The notes: generated by a model not told the origin, from the sequence alone. Shown: positions 48,568 through 59,490, counted from the stretch's first letter. The stretch is 64,000 bases of DNA from an uncultured SAR116 cluster alpha proteobacterium (GCA_902593735.1 CACJJL010000009.1:6242-70241); one strand, 5' to 3'. Numbers and translations: made by a program.

Positions 48568-49362
48568 CTATTTACATTCGGACTTAGGCAAAACTTCAAT
48601 TTCTTTCAATAAAGCCTTTATCTCAAAATCACCATAATTTACATTATATGAGTGAACTACCCCTGTATTGTCCATAACTAAGTTGATTTCATATTCAGGT
48701 TTTTCCTGTCTAGTTTTTTCATTGTAAAAAGCCACTTTAATTGGCCATACCTCTTTACCTTTTAAATATTTAACGTTACTAGATTCAGAGATTTTTATTT
48801 TGCCAATTAATGCTGAAACAATTTTTATGAACTCTTCGTCTTCATTTCCAAAAAATACTTTTTTGGTAAATATCTTATCTCCATTTTTAGCAGCTTTGAT
48901 TAAACCTAACAAATGTTCAATTGGGAACAAAATATCTTTTTTAAATTTAATATTCTTGATGAACTTACCAATAATTGAACCAGAAATATCATTTTTATTT
49001 TTTTCAACAAAACCTTGATAAGATTTTTCACCACTAAATTGACTTTTTTCATTTAGTTCAAAACTATGTTTTGTTCCTTGAAAACTCTCAAAGGTAGAGT
49101 AACTTGAATAGGTATCAGCTATCTTATCATTTGGCAATTCATAAATAAGTACATAATCTTCTTTTACTTTCCATCCGTTACAACTTTCAATAATTTCAAA
49201 AAATGTTTGTCCCTGCCCTCCTTCTAAAAAACTATTATCTTTAATATTTTGTATGTTAAGTGTATAGCTTGCTTTATGTGATAAAAGTTGAGTACTAAGA
49301 GCAAAATTAGGGTTAGAAATAAATAAAACAAATAAAATAAAAATATACTTAGTAATCGACAT
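48568..49362 (-). CDS. eipB: EipB (DUF1849) family periplasmic envelope protein
   Basis: Signal peptide, LSHKASYTL, CNGW, FPIEH, WPIKVAFY, PEYEI, YGDF, C-terminal Cys; next to rnd. Confidence 0.75.
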   Translation of the reverse strand: MSITKYIFILFVLFISNPNFALSTQLLSHKASYTLNIQNIKDNSFLEGGQGQTFFEIIESCNGWKVKEDYVLIYELPNDKIADTYSSYSTFESFQGTKHSFELNEKSQFSGEKSYQGFVEKNKNDISGSIIGKFIKNIKFKKDILFPIEHLLGLIKAAKNGDKIFTKKVFFGNEDEEFIKIVSALIGKIKISESSNVKYLKGKEVWPIKVAFYNEKTRQEKPEYEINLVMDNTGVVHSYNVNYGDFEIKALLKEIEVLPKSECK

Positions 49363-49435
49363 GTTTGAACCTCTTTATTAATGTTAATATGTTGGATAAA
49401 GTTATTTCAAAAAATTTAAAATTAGTAAGTTTAAA

Positions 49436-50587
49436 ATGGATAGAGTAAATATTATTACCGACAATAATACATTAAAAAAATTTTGTAAAAAATGTATTAA
49501 TGAAAAAGTTTTAGCCATTGATACAGAATTTATTAGAGAAAATACTTATTATCCAATTTTATGTCTAGTACAAATTGCAAGTGAAACCTATTCAGCAATA
49601 ATTGATCCCCGTTCTGAAATAGATATGCAACCAGTTTGGGATCTGCTTTCAAATAAAAAAATTTTAAAAGTTTTTCATGCAGGACGACAAGATATTGAAA
49701 TTTTCCTTAATCTGACTGGCAAAATTCCTGAACCGATATATGACACTCAGATAGCTGCAATGTTTTGTGGTTTTGGAGACCAGGTGGGTTATGATAAATT
49801 AGTTAATAAGTTTCTCGGATTAATAATAAATAAAGAAAGTCAATATACAAACTGGTTGCAAAGACCTCTTACAGCATCTCAATTAGATTATGCGTTATCT
49901 GATGTCAGGTATTTAATAAAAGTTTTTCCATTAATATCGGTATCAATTAAAAATTATGGCAGACAAGATTGGGTCGAAAAAGAAATTCAATATCTTAAAA
50001 ATAAAAAATTATATCAAATAAATCCAAATGAGGCTTGGCAAAAAATTAAGATAAAAAATCCTAAAAGAGAAGTGTTGAATATTCTTAAATATCTTGCAAA
50101 GTGGAGAGAAATTGAGTGTCAAAAAAGAAATATACCTAGAAATAGACTTATCAGAGATGAAGTTTTAATAACTCTATCACAACTTAAACCTATAAATATT
50201 TCTTCTATTAAAAAAATTAGAGGAATATCCAAAATTCTTAATGAGAGTGATTTGAATAATATTGTTAAAATAATTAAAATATCATTAAAAGTTGAACCTA
50301 AAGAATGGCCAAATTTACCTTTATATTTTAAAAATCCGAATGTTAATAAAGGTAGTTTAGATTTACTAAAACTCCTATTATCATACTGTTCTGAAAAGAG
50401 TGGTTTAGCTGAAAAAATTATTGCTGATACTGATGATTTAAAGGCAATATTGAGTGGTAAAAAAACAGATTTAAAAATTTTTGATGGCTGGCGTAAAGAA
50501 ATTTTTGGTGATCTTGTTAATTTGCTATTAGATGGGAAAATAGGGTTTACAGTAAGAAATAATAAAATAAATAAAATAGAACTTTAA
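49436..50587 (+). CDS. rnd: Ribonuclease D
   Basis: AIDTEFIRENTYYP, KVFHAGRQD, DTQIAA, NWLQRPL, YALSDV, HRDC region, GWR. Confidence 0.96.
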   Translation: MDRVNIITDNNTLKKFCKKCINEKVLAIDTEFIRENTYYPILCLVQIASETYSAIIDPRSEIDMQPVWDLLSNKKILKVFHAGRQDIEIFLNLTGKIPEPIYDTQIAAMFCGFGDQVGYDKLVNKFLGLIINKESQYTNWLQRPLTASQLDYALSDVRYLIKVFPLISVSIKNYGRQDWVEKEIQYLKNKKLYQINPNEAWQKIKIKNPKREVLNILKYLAKWREIECQKRNIPRNRLIRDEVLITLSQLKPINISSIKKIRGISKILNESDLNNIVKIIKISLKVEPKEWPNLPLYFKNPNVNKGSLDLLKLLLSYCSEKSGLAEKIIADTDDLKAILSGKKTDLKIFDGWRKEIFGDLVNLLLDGKIGFTVRNNKINKIEL

Positions 50588-51315
50588 TGTTTAATAATGC
50601 TATTTAATATAGTTTTTATGTTTTTGTAAGATATTTTTTCTTTTGTTTCTAATGTGTATATGTCTAACTTATCAATTACGTTTATTACGCTTTCAAAATT
50701 TCTGTCTAACCTCTTTAACATGTAAATTATTTTTTTATCATTGATATACAAATTTTTATCTTGTGCATATTTAACAATAAAAGAATATAAAAGAATATCA
50801 TCTGGCAATTTTATTTCACATGACATTAAGCTTCGTATTCTAGAATTAAGATCTTCAAGTTTCCAATCCATTTCATACGGTGATTGCTGAGATAAAAATA
50901 AAATTGAACCATTGTTATTAGTAACTCTATTTATAAAATGCATAACTAATTCAGAAGGAAATCTTTTACTTGGTATGAAGTTATCAAGTATGAAATTTCT
51001 ACCCTCCATGTTTCTTTCTAGATCTTTTCTATTTAAAGATAAAAGGTAAACACTATCGTAATGCTGTTTAAAAATTTCGCATAAATGAGTTTTTCCTGAA
51101 CCTTTTGGTCCATGTATAATAGCTCCTGGTATAGAACTAATTTTTTCTTTATTTTTCCAAAATATGATATTCTCTAATAAACTAACCGCTTCTTTATTAC
51201 ATTTAGAAACCAAGAAATTTTCTCTATTCTTAATGCTTTTGAAAGTTAATGGTAGAGCCATTTGTTTGTTAATAATAAGTTTATTGATATTTCTTGTTTT
51301 CGAAGACATAGTCAC
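50584..51315 (-). CDS. hdaA: HdaA/Hda-like DnaA regulatory inactivator
   Basis: QMALPL clamp-binding-like motif, ENFLVS, GPKGSGKTHL, DLNSR, PDD, LDR; conserved position near purM. Confidence 0.8.
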   Translation of the reverse strand: MTMSSKTRNINKLIINKQMALPLTFKSIKNRENFLVSKCNKEAVSLLENIIFWKNKEKISSIPGAIIHGPKGSGKTHLCEIFKQHYDSVYLLSLNRKDLERNMEGRNFILDNFIPSKRFPSELVMHFINRVTNNNGSILFLSQQSPYEMDWKLEDLNSRIRSLMSCEIKLPDDILLYSFIVKYAQDKNLYINDKKIIYMLKRLDRNFESVINVIDKLDIYTLETKEKISYKNIKTILNSIIKH

Positions 51316-51318
51316 TAA

Positions 51319-52359
51319 TCACTTATATAACTTTAAATAATAGAATCTTACTAATACTCCAAGGATTGCTGCAACAGGTAATGAAATAAGTAACCCTACA
51401 AACCCGGCTAAGTAACCACCTGTTAACAGTGCAAAAATAATCCAAATAGGATTGAGTCTTATTGCTTCACCTACTAATCTTGGTGTCAAGAAATAACTCT
51501 CTAATAATTGCCCAAAAACAAAAATAGCTAATATGAAAATTATTTCAGATGAAACCCCAAATTGCATGAAACCTAATATTAAAGCTAGCCCTCCTCCCAA
51601 AAAAGCACCAACATAGGGTATAAAAGAAATAATTCCTGCAAAAATACCTAGCAACACCCCAAACTTCATTCCAACTAAAAAAAGAAAAAAGGCATAAAAT
51701 GAAGATAATGTAATACATACTAAACCTTGACCTCTAATGAATTTTGATAAAACTTTGTCTATTTCTCGGATTAATTCTGGAAAGTCTCTTAAATTAGATT
51801 TATTTGCAAAATTATATATAAAAGACTTAATATTATTAAATTCTAAACTTAAATAAAAAGTTATGACAATTATTAATATGATGTTAAGAAAGCTATTTAG
51901 AAACTCAACACTATTACTTACTAAATTATTGCCTGAAATTATTAAGCTTTTAGTTAAAGGTTTAAATAAAGTTGTATAGTCTACGGCCTTAATTTTTTCG
52001 CTTAGAAGATATTTTGTATTAATCGCTTTTAAAAATGTTTCTAGTTCACTCAAATATGCTGGCAATGAAATAATCAAGTTTTGGACTTGATATATTATAA
52101 TTGGTAAAATTAAAATTAAAACTGAGATAACACCCAAGATAAAGATAATTATAGAGAAGAAACTTGAAAAATTATTATTCAAATATTTGTTAAGGTATCT
52201 TTTTAAGGGATTTGTTAAATAAGTAATTATAAAAGCTATGATAAATAATTCAATAATATTGAACAAATAAATTATAATTAAGCTGGCAATTAAAACATAG
52301 AAAGTAAAGATAATTTTTTTTTCAACAAGTTTATCCATCAAATCTGACATTTGTAACAC
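51319..52359 (-). CDS. AI-2E (PerM) family transporter
   Basis: YLTNP, FIRGQ, FIPYVG, LESYFLTPRLVG, LNP, LPVAA. Confidence 0.92.
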   Translation of the reverse strand: MLQMSDLMDKLVEKKIIFTFYVLIASLIIIYLFNIIELFIIAFIITYLTNPLKRYLNKYLNNNFSSFFSIIIFILGVISVLILILPIIIYQVQNLIISLPAYLSELETFLKAINTKYLLSEKIKAVDYTTLFKPLTKSLIISGNNLVSNSVEFLNSFLNIILIIVITFYLSLEFNNIKSFIYNFANKSNLRDFPELIREIDKVLSKFIRGQGLVCITLSSFYAFFLFLVGMKFGVLLGIFAGIISFIPYVGAFLGGGLALILGFMQFGVSSEIIFILAIFVFGQLLESYFLTPRLVGEAIRLNPIWIIFALLTGGYLAGFVGLLISLPVAAILGVLVRFYYLKLYK

Positions 52360-52380
52360 CTCAATTCAAACCCAAATTTT

Positions 52381-53721
52381 TTAATTTATTAATATATACT
52401 GCTCAGATTTCAAATCTTTAAAAATCATTTTTTTTTCATACGCAGCTTGGAAAAAAGTTTTCTTATTACCCATGAATTTTACTATAATTCTTCCTCTTGA
52501 ATTTGTTAATGAAATTATTTTAACTTCTATCACAAATGGTAATTTTTCAAGTTTTTGTAAAACTAGAGACCAAATACTATTATCTTTTTGTGTTAAGATA
52601 ATATTTTTTTTATATTTTATTTTTTGGTGAGTATTAAATAAACCTCTTTTAATCTCTTCAAAACTATTTTTAGACTTTTTATTATAAAAGATGATTTCAT
52701 TATTAATTTTAATAAAGCCTTTGTCTTTAAAATTATTAGTGGATTTCACAATTACTGATTTATCATTAAATAATAGTTCTTTTTCAAGTTTAGAAGAAAT
52801 AACAGACGTAATTGGAATTATTAAATCAACTTCATTATAAATACGAGTATCAATTAAGTTGCTTTTTTTCCAATTATTTTCAATTGAGTTTATCATTTTT
52901 AATACCTCTTTTTTTAATATATTTTCATCAATATTATAAAATGATGATGGTCTATTAAGAGGAATTTTATTTCTATAAACTGTATTTTCAAATATTCCAT
53001 TTTTATCATAATACTTTGCATATGTTGATAAATAGATATTTCCATTAGTTAATAAAATAGGTTCTGCAACTACTAAAAGTAAAGCGTTAGTTTTTTCGTT
53101 TTTTATTAAACTTGAAATATTACTTTTGTCAGACCTTGAAAGAATATTGGCAGTAATAGATCTGTTTAAACTGAAATTTCCTTTGGCGAGTTTTAGTTTT
53201 ACTAAGCCATCATTTAATTTTATTTGATTTTGCCATTTTAAATACCATTTGTCTTTTTCGTCCCATAAAACAAAACCTCTAGGCCCTTTGAAGATTGGTA
53301 AAATAGAAATTGGTTCTCTATAAGTTTCTGCATATTGAAGTCTATTATTTCTAAAATATTCAATAACTAAATTTCTATTAAAACAAATATCAAAATTAGC
53401 TATATATCTTTTATCACTATTCGCCTCTTTATTGATCTTTAAATAATTAATCAAACTAGAAATTTTTATTTTGTTAAATTTTAAATTATTTTTTTTTATG
53501 ATTAGTCTATTTATAAGTCTTTTTAAACCTATTAATTTCGCCTTTTTTTCGCCTTGTGATCTAGCTTCGTTTATAGACTCTTTTGTTAAATCAACATTAA
53601 TGTTCTTGACATAAAATGAAGAACTTGAGCAATCCTGCTCTATTGTGGCAAATGAAAATGAAATAAAAAAATATAAATTTAAAATTGTTAAAATTATAAT
53701 TCTTAATATTTTCAATAACAT
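52381..53721 (-). CDS. Exported DUF2066-like protein with ~74-aa insertion
   Basis: Signal peptide, VKNINVD...AR, EANSDKRY, WDEKDKW, ENNWK; conserved position between purM and AI-2E. Confidence 0.65.
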   Translation of the reverse strand: MLLKILRIIILTILNLYFFISFSFATIEQDCSSSSFYVKNINVDLTKESINEARSQGEKKAKLIGLKRLINRLIIKKNNLKFNKIKISSLINYLKINKEANSDKRYIANFDICFNRNLVIEYFRNNRLQYAETYREPISILPIFKGPRGFVLWDEKDKWYLKWQNQIKLNDGLVKLKLAKGNFSLNRSITANILSRSDKSNISSLIKNEKTNALLLVVAEPILLTNGNIYLSTYAKYYDKNGIFENTVYRNKIPLNRPSSFYNIDENILKKEVLKMINSIENNWKKSNLIDTRIYNEVDLIIPITSVISSKLEKELLFNDKSVIVKSTNNFKDKGFIKINNEIIFYNKKSKNSFEEIKRGLFNTHQKIKYKKNIILTQKDNSIWSLVLQKLEKLPFVIEVKIISLTNSRGRIIVKFMGNKKTFFQAAYEKKMIFKDLKSEQYILIN

Positions 53722-53844
53722 TAAAGTTAGGCCTAATTTTTTATATTTGATAAGTAAACTTAATAAGAATATATCAATAAATATTGTTTGACACTAATAT
53801 TATGTCTAAATAGCATTGAAAATGAATCACTTTATAGAATAGTC

Positions 53845-54921
53845 ATGACTAAAATTTTTAAAAAAAAATCCGATTTTAAAATTACTTACAAGGATGCTGG
53901 CGTCGACATTGATAAGGGTAACAAACTTGTTTCAGAAATTACTAACATAACAGAATCGACGTCAATTGCTGGTTCTATAGGTAAATTGGGAGGGTTTGGT
54001 GGATTATTTGATTTAAAAAAATCAGGTTTTAAAGACCCCATATTAGTTTCTAGCACAGATGGGGTAGGAACTAAGTTAAGATTAGCTATTAAGACTAAGT
54101 CATATTTTAATATTGGTATTGATTTAGTTGCTATGTGTGCAAATGATGTTGTAGCGCAAGGTGCTAAACCTCTTTTTTTTATGGACTATTACTCTACAGG
54201 AAAATTGAATAGTGAAGTAGCTATAGAGGTTATTAGAGGAATTGCTGAAGGTTGCAAACAATCTGGATGTGCACTAATAGGTGGGGAAACTGCTGAGATG
54301 CCTGGACACTATAAAAATAAAGACTTTGACTTAGCTGGATTTTGCGTTGGGGCTGTAGAAAGATCAAAGCTTTTGGACAAGAACTTGGTTAAGAAAGGAG
54401 ATTGTGTTATAGGATTATCTAGCAGTGGCATACATTCAAATGGTTATTCATTAGTAAGAAAAATTTTAGATACTAATGCTATTAATATATTTGAGTCATC
54501 TGATTTTGATAATAGAAATACTCTTGCTAAAATTCTTATGGAACCAACTTTGCTCTATACAAAAGCTTTAATAGAAGCAAATAAAAATGGAGAAGTGAAA
54601 TCCATCAGTCATATTACAGGAGGAGGATTAATTGAAAATCCTCCAAGAGCCTTTGGTAAAAATCTGACACTAAAATTCAATATGAAAGATTACAAATTAC
54701 CATCAATTTTTTGTTGGCTTAAAGAGAAGGCTAATATATCTATGTTTGAATTAGCTAAAACTTTTAATTGCGGAATTGGTCTCTTAATTTTTACTGATAA
54801 AAAAAATGTCAAACCAATCATTAATAATCTTAATAGAATTGGTTATAATGCCTTTTTAATTGGTTCTATGGTTGATAACGAAACAAATAAAAGTGTCATT
54901 TTTGATGATTGGAAATTTTAA
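53845..54921 (+). CDS. purM: Phosphoribosylformylglycinamidine cyclo-ligase
   Basis: YKDAGVDI, GGFGGLF, TDGVGTK, GGETAEMPG, SSGIHSNGYSL, HITGGG, TFNCGIG. Confidence 0.97.
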   Translation: MTKIFKKKSDFKITYKDAGVDIDKGNKLVSEITNITESTSIAGSIGKLGGFGGLFDLKKSGFKDPILVSSTDGVGTKLRLAIKTKSYFNIGIDLVAMCANDVVAQGAKPLFFMDYYSTGKLNSEVAIEVIRGIAEGCKQSGCALIGGETAEMPGHYKNKDFDLAGFCVGAVERSKLLDKNLVKKGDCVIGLSSSGIHSNGYSLVRKILDTNAINIFESSDFDNRNTLAKILMEPTLLYTKALIEANKNGEVKSISHITGGGLIENPPRAFGKNLTLKFNMKDYKLPSIFCWLKEKANISMFELAKTFNCGIGLLIFTDKKNVKPIINNLNRIGYNAFLIGSMVDNETNKSVIFDDWKF

Positions 54922-55026
54922 TTTTATTAACTTCAAAATTTTTCGTTTTATAGATATTTAGTTATGTTAATATATACAAAATGATAATATTGAAATTGGT
55001 CTGACTTTTTTCATTCAGAGGTAAAA

Positions 55027-55155
55027 ATGGTTAATAAAATTGATAAAGAAACAAAAGAACATAAAATCTTTTACGAGAATTTTTTAAAATTCACAACGTA
55101 TAGCACTGTAATTGTTATTGTAATAGTTGCTTTAATGGCAATTTTTTTAGTTTAA
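55027..55155 (+). CDS. aa3-type cytochrome c oxidase subunit IV-like small membrane protein
   Basis: Not in the ORF track. MVNKIDKETKEHKIFYENFLKFTTYSTVIVIVIVALMAIFLV shows EHxxxYxxF plus a single TM; AGAGG RBS. Confidence 0.75.
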   Translation: MVNKIDKETKEHKIFYENFLKFTTYSTVIVIVIVALMAIFLV

Positions 55156-55156
55156 T

Positions 55157-55582
55157 TTATTGATTAATAATTTCAATTTCTGCAAAAAAGAATGCTATTT
55201 CTTTTTTAGCATTTTCTAAACTATCAGACCCATGAACAGAATTAGCTTCTATAGTTTCTGCAAACTCTTTTCTAATAGTTCCTTCTTCTGCTTCATTTGG
55301 ATCAGTAGCTCCCATAACAGTTCTATTAATTTTAATAGCATTATCACCTCGTAAAACTTGAACAATAACTGGGCCAGATGTCATAAAACTAACAAGATCA
55401 TTAAAAAATGGTTTATCTTTATGAACATAGTAAAAATTTTCAGCCATGGTTTTGTTCAACTGTATTCTTTTTTGGCCAATTATTTTTAGACCTGCATTCT
55501 CAAGTTTAGCATTAATTAGTCCAGTTAAGTTTCTTTTAGTAGCATCAGGTTTTATAATAGATAATGTGTTTTCTATTGCCAT
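55157..55582 (-). CDS. ndk: Nucleoside diphosphate kinase
   Basis: [32 protein letters not shown]. Confidence 0.97.
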   Translation of the reverse strand: MAIENTLSIIKPDATKRNLTGLINAKLENAGLKIIGQKRIQLNKTMAENFYYVHKDKPFFNDLVSFMTSGPVIVQVLRGDNAIKINRTVMGATDPNEAEEGTIRKEFAETIEANSVHGSDSLENAKKEIAFFFAEIEIINQ

Positions 55583-55659
55583 TGTTTTCTCCAAAATAGT
55601 AAATTATTTACATATTTTCATATAAATAACTAATTTATTTTTTATTGTCATCGCTCTTA

Positions 55660-57123
55660 CTAATATTGATTTATAAGATGATATAACATCTTGACTCCCC
55701 AACCAACACCTCCAGACGGAATTGATGGTGAGGATTTATTTTTCCAAGTAACACCTGCTATATCTAAATGAGCCCAAGGAGTTTTATTTACATGTCTTTT
55801 TAAAAAACAAGCAGCGGTAATTGAGCCTGCTCCAGGGCCACCAATATTTTTCATATCAGCTATTTCTGTTCTTATCATTTGGCTGTAATCTTCATCTAAT
55901 GGCATTTCCCAAACTCTTTCACCAGTAATTTCACCAGCTTTGAAAATAGCTTTTGCAATATCTTTATTGTTTGCAAACAAACCAGCTCTTACATTTCCTA
56001 GCGCTATAATCATAGCACCAGTTAATGTTGCTAAATCAATCATAAATTTTGGTTTATAATTTTTTTCTGACCAATATAATAAATCAGCTAGTACCAATCT
56101 TCCTTCTGCATCAGTATTTAAAACTTCAATAGTTTGTCCAGACAAAGATTTAATTACGTCACCAGGCCTCTGTGCGTTTCCATCAGGCATGTTTTCGACA
56201 AGCCCAATGACACCTATAATATTCGATTTTATTTTTGACAATGCTACAGTTTCAATAATTCCTGTAACGGTCGCAGCTCCTCCCATATCCCATTTCATAT
56301 CTTCCATAGATTTTGCTGGTTTTAAAGAAAGTCCACCTGAGTCAAAACAAACTCCCTTTCCTATGAAAACCATTGGAGCAATATTCTTCTTCCCTCCAAG
56401 CCATTCCATAATTACGACTTGACTTTCTTTTCTAGAACCACGACCTACTGCTAATAAAGATTCCATACCAATTTTTTGAAGTTGCTTTTCGTTATATACA
56501 GTAACTTTTACACCAATATCTTTTAATTTTTTGCATTCATTTGCAAATGATGAAGGAAACAAAATATTTGGTGGTTGCCAAACTAAATCTCTTGCAGTAA
56601 ATACACCTTTAGCAATATTTTCTGCCTCTTTAACTATATTAGAATAGGATTTAGGTTCTTCGCATATAAATTTTATATTTTTTAGATTGTAATTTTGTTT
56701 GGGTTTATTTTGTTTATAATTATTAAATTTATAGGAACTTAAAAGGATACCTAACACCAAATATTTTATCAAACATTTATTATTCTCGTAAATCTTTGCG
56801 TCTGAGAAACCTAAAGATTTAATTTTATTAAATATACTACCACCTAATTCTTCTAGATAGTTATAAGTCAAATCTGAAGTTTCAGTTTTTCTTTTTACTA
56901 ATAAAAAAGTCCCCTTTTCTGATCTTACTACTAAAATTTTGGAATGATCATTAGTAATCAAGTTTTTGAAAAACTTAATCAAATCTTTTTGTTCATTAAT
57001 AAGCTTTGATAATAATTGATTTTTTTGTGAATAAAACAATATGTGAATTTCATTTTTATTAAAAGGTTGATTGTCGTTTTCCTTTTCAAATTTAAATTTC
57101 ATAAATCTTTTATCTTTAACCAT
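55660..57123 (-). CDS. pepA: Leucyl aminopeptidase (M17)
   Basis: GKGVCFDSGG, MKWDMGG, NTDAEGRL, DLATLTGA, WAHLDIAG. Confidence 0.96.
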   Translation of the reverse strand: MVKDKRFMKFKFEKENDNQPFNKNEIHILFYSQKNQLLSKLINEQKDLIKFFKNLITNDHSKILVVRSEKGTFLLVKRKTETSDLTYNYLEELGGSIFNKIKSLGFSDAKIYENNKCLIKYLVLGILLSSYKFNNYKQNKPKQNYNLKNIKFICEEPKSYSNIVKEAENIAKGVFTARDLVWQPPNILFPSSFANECKKLKDIGVKVTVYNEKQLQKIGMESLLAVGRGSRKESQVVIMEWLGGKKNIAPMVFIGKGVCFDSGGLSLKPAKSMEDMKWDMGGAATVTGIIETVALSKIKSNIIGVIGLVENMPDGNAQRPGDVIKSLSGQTIEVLNTDAEGRLVLADLLYWSEKNYKPKFMIDLATLTGAMIIALGNVRAGLFANNKDIAKAIFKAGEITGERVWEMPLDEDYSQMIRTEIADMKNIGGPGAGSITAACFLKRHVNKTPWAHLDIAGVTWKNKSSPSIPSGGVGWGVKMLYHLINQY

Positions 57124-57225
57124 ATTTTTTCCTTAGTTAAATCAATACTGTTGCACTATTATAGTTTGAATATAGTACTATAATTATTTTAAAAATAATC
57201 AATATAATTTTTGAGAATTATTTTA

Positions 57226-58332
57226 ATGATTTTAACCAAATATTTATTTAAACAAACTATTAATAATGTATTAATCGCCACATGTGTATTTGTGGGTGTA
57301 ATTTGGTTAACTCAATCTTTTAAAACTATAAAGTTAATAATAAATAAAGGTGCAAATCTTTCAGATTTTTTTATTTTGTCATTTTATAGCTTTCCAAGTT
57401 GGTTGCTAATAGCATTTCCTTTAGGTACTTTCGCTGGCTGTTTTATCTCATATCTAAAACTTCAAAATGATAGTGAAATAATTGTTATGAAATCAACTGG
57501 AATTAGTCCGTTAAAATTAAGTAATCCTGTTTTAATTATTTCTGCATTAATATCATTAATTTTATTTTTAATATCTCATCTAATATTACCAACAACTTAT
57601 AAAAACTTTAAAATTTTACAAAACAAAATTAGAAATGATTCTCAAAATTTAATTTTAAAAGATAATGTTTTTGTAGACATAAATAAAAACCAAACAATTT
57701 TCATTGGTAAATTATCCAATAATAATGAATTAAATGAAATATTTATCCAAGATAGAAGTGACCCAGAATATATTGTAGAGTATTTTTCTAAACAAGGATT
57801 TGTTACTTTTAATAAAAATATAGTATTAAAATTAGTTAAAGGGACAAGGATTTCTACAGATTCAAAAGGTACGTCAACTATATTAAACTTTAAAAGCTAT
57901 GATATTGACATAAATCAAGAAACTCATAAAAAAAACAAAAAATCTAGAGTAATAGAATATAATGAATTCAGTTTCTTTAAATTATTAAATAAATCAAAAA
58001 CTGCTAAAGAAAATAAAGGTAAATTAATAGCAGAAGCCCATAGTAGAAATACTGTTTTTTTTATGCCTTTTGTATATTCATTGATAGTTATGGTTCTTAT
58101 ACTTAATTATAAATATAACAAAATATTTTCAATCTATAGAAAAACAAGCGCTATCGGACTATTATTAATTATTCAGAGCATCGTTTTGATTATAAAAAAT
58201 ATTGTTCATTCAAATGTAAATTTTTGGCCACTTATGTATCTGTTTCCAATCCTAATAATAATAATTTGCATTTTATTTTTAAAAACAAATCAGAATTTTA
58301 ATAAATTTTTATCTTACTTTAAAAAGGTATAA
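57226..58332 (+). CDS. lptF: LPS export ABC transporter permease LptF
   Basis: 3 TM, periplasmic beta region, 3 TM; DSEIIVMKSTGISP motif; divergent from pepA. Confidence 0.85.
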   Translation: MILTKYLFKQTINNVLIATCVFVGVIWLTQSFKTIKLIINKGANLSDFFILSFYSFPSWLLIAFPLGTFAGCFISYLKLQNDSEIIVMKSTGISPLKLSNPVLIISALISLILFLISHLILPTTYKNFKILQNKIRNDSQNLILKDNVFVDINKNQTIFIGKLSNNNELNEIFIQDRSDPEYIVEYFSKQGFVTFNKNIVLKLVKGTRISTDSKGTSTILNFKSYDIDINQETHKKNKKSRVIEYNEFSFFKLLNKSKTAKENKGKLIAEAHSRNTVFFMPFVYSLIVMVLILNYKYNKIFSIYRKTSAIGLLLIIQSIVLIIKNIVHSNVNFWPLMYLFPILIIIICILFLKTNQNFNKFLSYFKKV

Positions 58333-58337
58333 TAGTT

Positions 58338-59480
58338 GTGTTGAGAACGAATTATCCGAGAATATTATATAAGTACTTTACAATAGATTTATGTAAGTAC
58401 TTCTTATTTGCCTTACTTTCTCTTATGGTTCTAATTTTTGTTATCGATCTAATAGAGTTGTTTAGACGTTCCGCTAATAAAGTAGGTGTAAATCACTTGG
58501 TTAAAGCAAATTTTATGGATATATTAGGAATGGCTTCATTAAAAATTATTGGTAATGCTCAAAAAATTCTACCTTTTGCAGCACTAATAGGTTCAATTGC
58601 CTGTTTTAACCAATGGAGAAAAAAAAATTATTATGTTATTTCAAAATCATCTGGAATTTCATTATGGAAGATACTATCACCAATATTAGTTACTTTTTTC
58701 TTTTTTGGACTTTTATCGATAATATTGTTAAGCCCGTTCTCGAATCTTTTAATGAAAAAATATGATAATATACAAACGACTTTTTTTGGGAAACAAAACC
58801 TTAACACATTTACATTTGATACAAAGGGATTTTGGATAAAGCAAGTTTCTCAAAAAAAGAATTTAATAATTAATGCAAATAAAATAGACGAAAAATTAAA
58901 TTCTATCTTTGATGTTAATATTTTTGTTTATAATTATAAAAAAGTTTTTGAAAAACGGATTTCAGCTAAAAAGGCCAAATTCACTTCAGATAAATTATTA
59001 TTATTTGACGTCAAAATAACTGATGACAAATCAAATGTGTCAATTTTTAAAAAATATTCATATTTAATAAATTTTGACTCAAAAAGTTTAAATGTTGCTA
59101 CATTACAACCGTCTAAAATCTTTATTTTTGATTATCCTAATTACCTTATTAATATGAAATCTTATGGTTTGAACATATCTAAACATCTTCTTCATTTTTT
59201 TAAATTGATATGCCAGCCATTCCTAATTATATCAATGATTTTACTTTCTGCATCCTTGATGTTAAAGAGTAGCGAGAGAAAAGTTGAGGTTGGAATTGTA
59301 TCCCTATCACTAGTTGTTGGTTTTGCTTTATATTTCATTGGAGATTTTATCTTTGCATTAGGATCTTCTGAAAAATTACCTCCACTTCTAGCTGGATTTG
59401 GCCCAACCCTTATCGGATTATTTTCAGGATGCTATCTAATAAGTGATATCGATGAAATTAAAGCTTTAAATAAAAAATAG
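58338..59480 (+). CDS. lptG: LPS export ABC transporter permease LptG
   Basis: LPFAALIG, SSGISLW, GFWIKQ, LPPLLAGFGP; follows lptF. Confidence 0.85.
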   Translation: MLRTNYPRILYKYFTIDLCKYFLFALLSLMVLIFVIDLIELFRRSANKVGVNHLVKANFMDILGMASLKIIGNAQKILPFAALIGSIACFNQWRKKNYYVISKSSGISLWKILSPILVTFFFFGLLSIILLSPFSNLLMKKYDNIQTTFFGKQNLNTFTFDTKGFWIKQVSQKKNLIINANKIDEKLNSIFDVNIFVYNYKKVFEKRISAKKAKFTSDKLLLFDVKITDDKSNVSIFKKYSYLINFDSKSLNVATLQPSKIFIFDYPNYLINMKSYGLNISKHLLHFFKLICQPFLIISMILLSASLMLKSSERKVEVGIVSLSLVVGFALYFIGDFIFALGSSEKLPPLLAGFGPTLIGLFSGCYLISDIDEIKALNKK

Positions 59481-59490
59481 GAATAATCAT

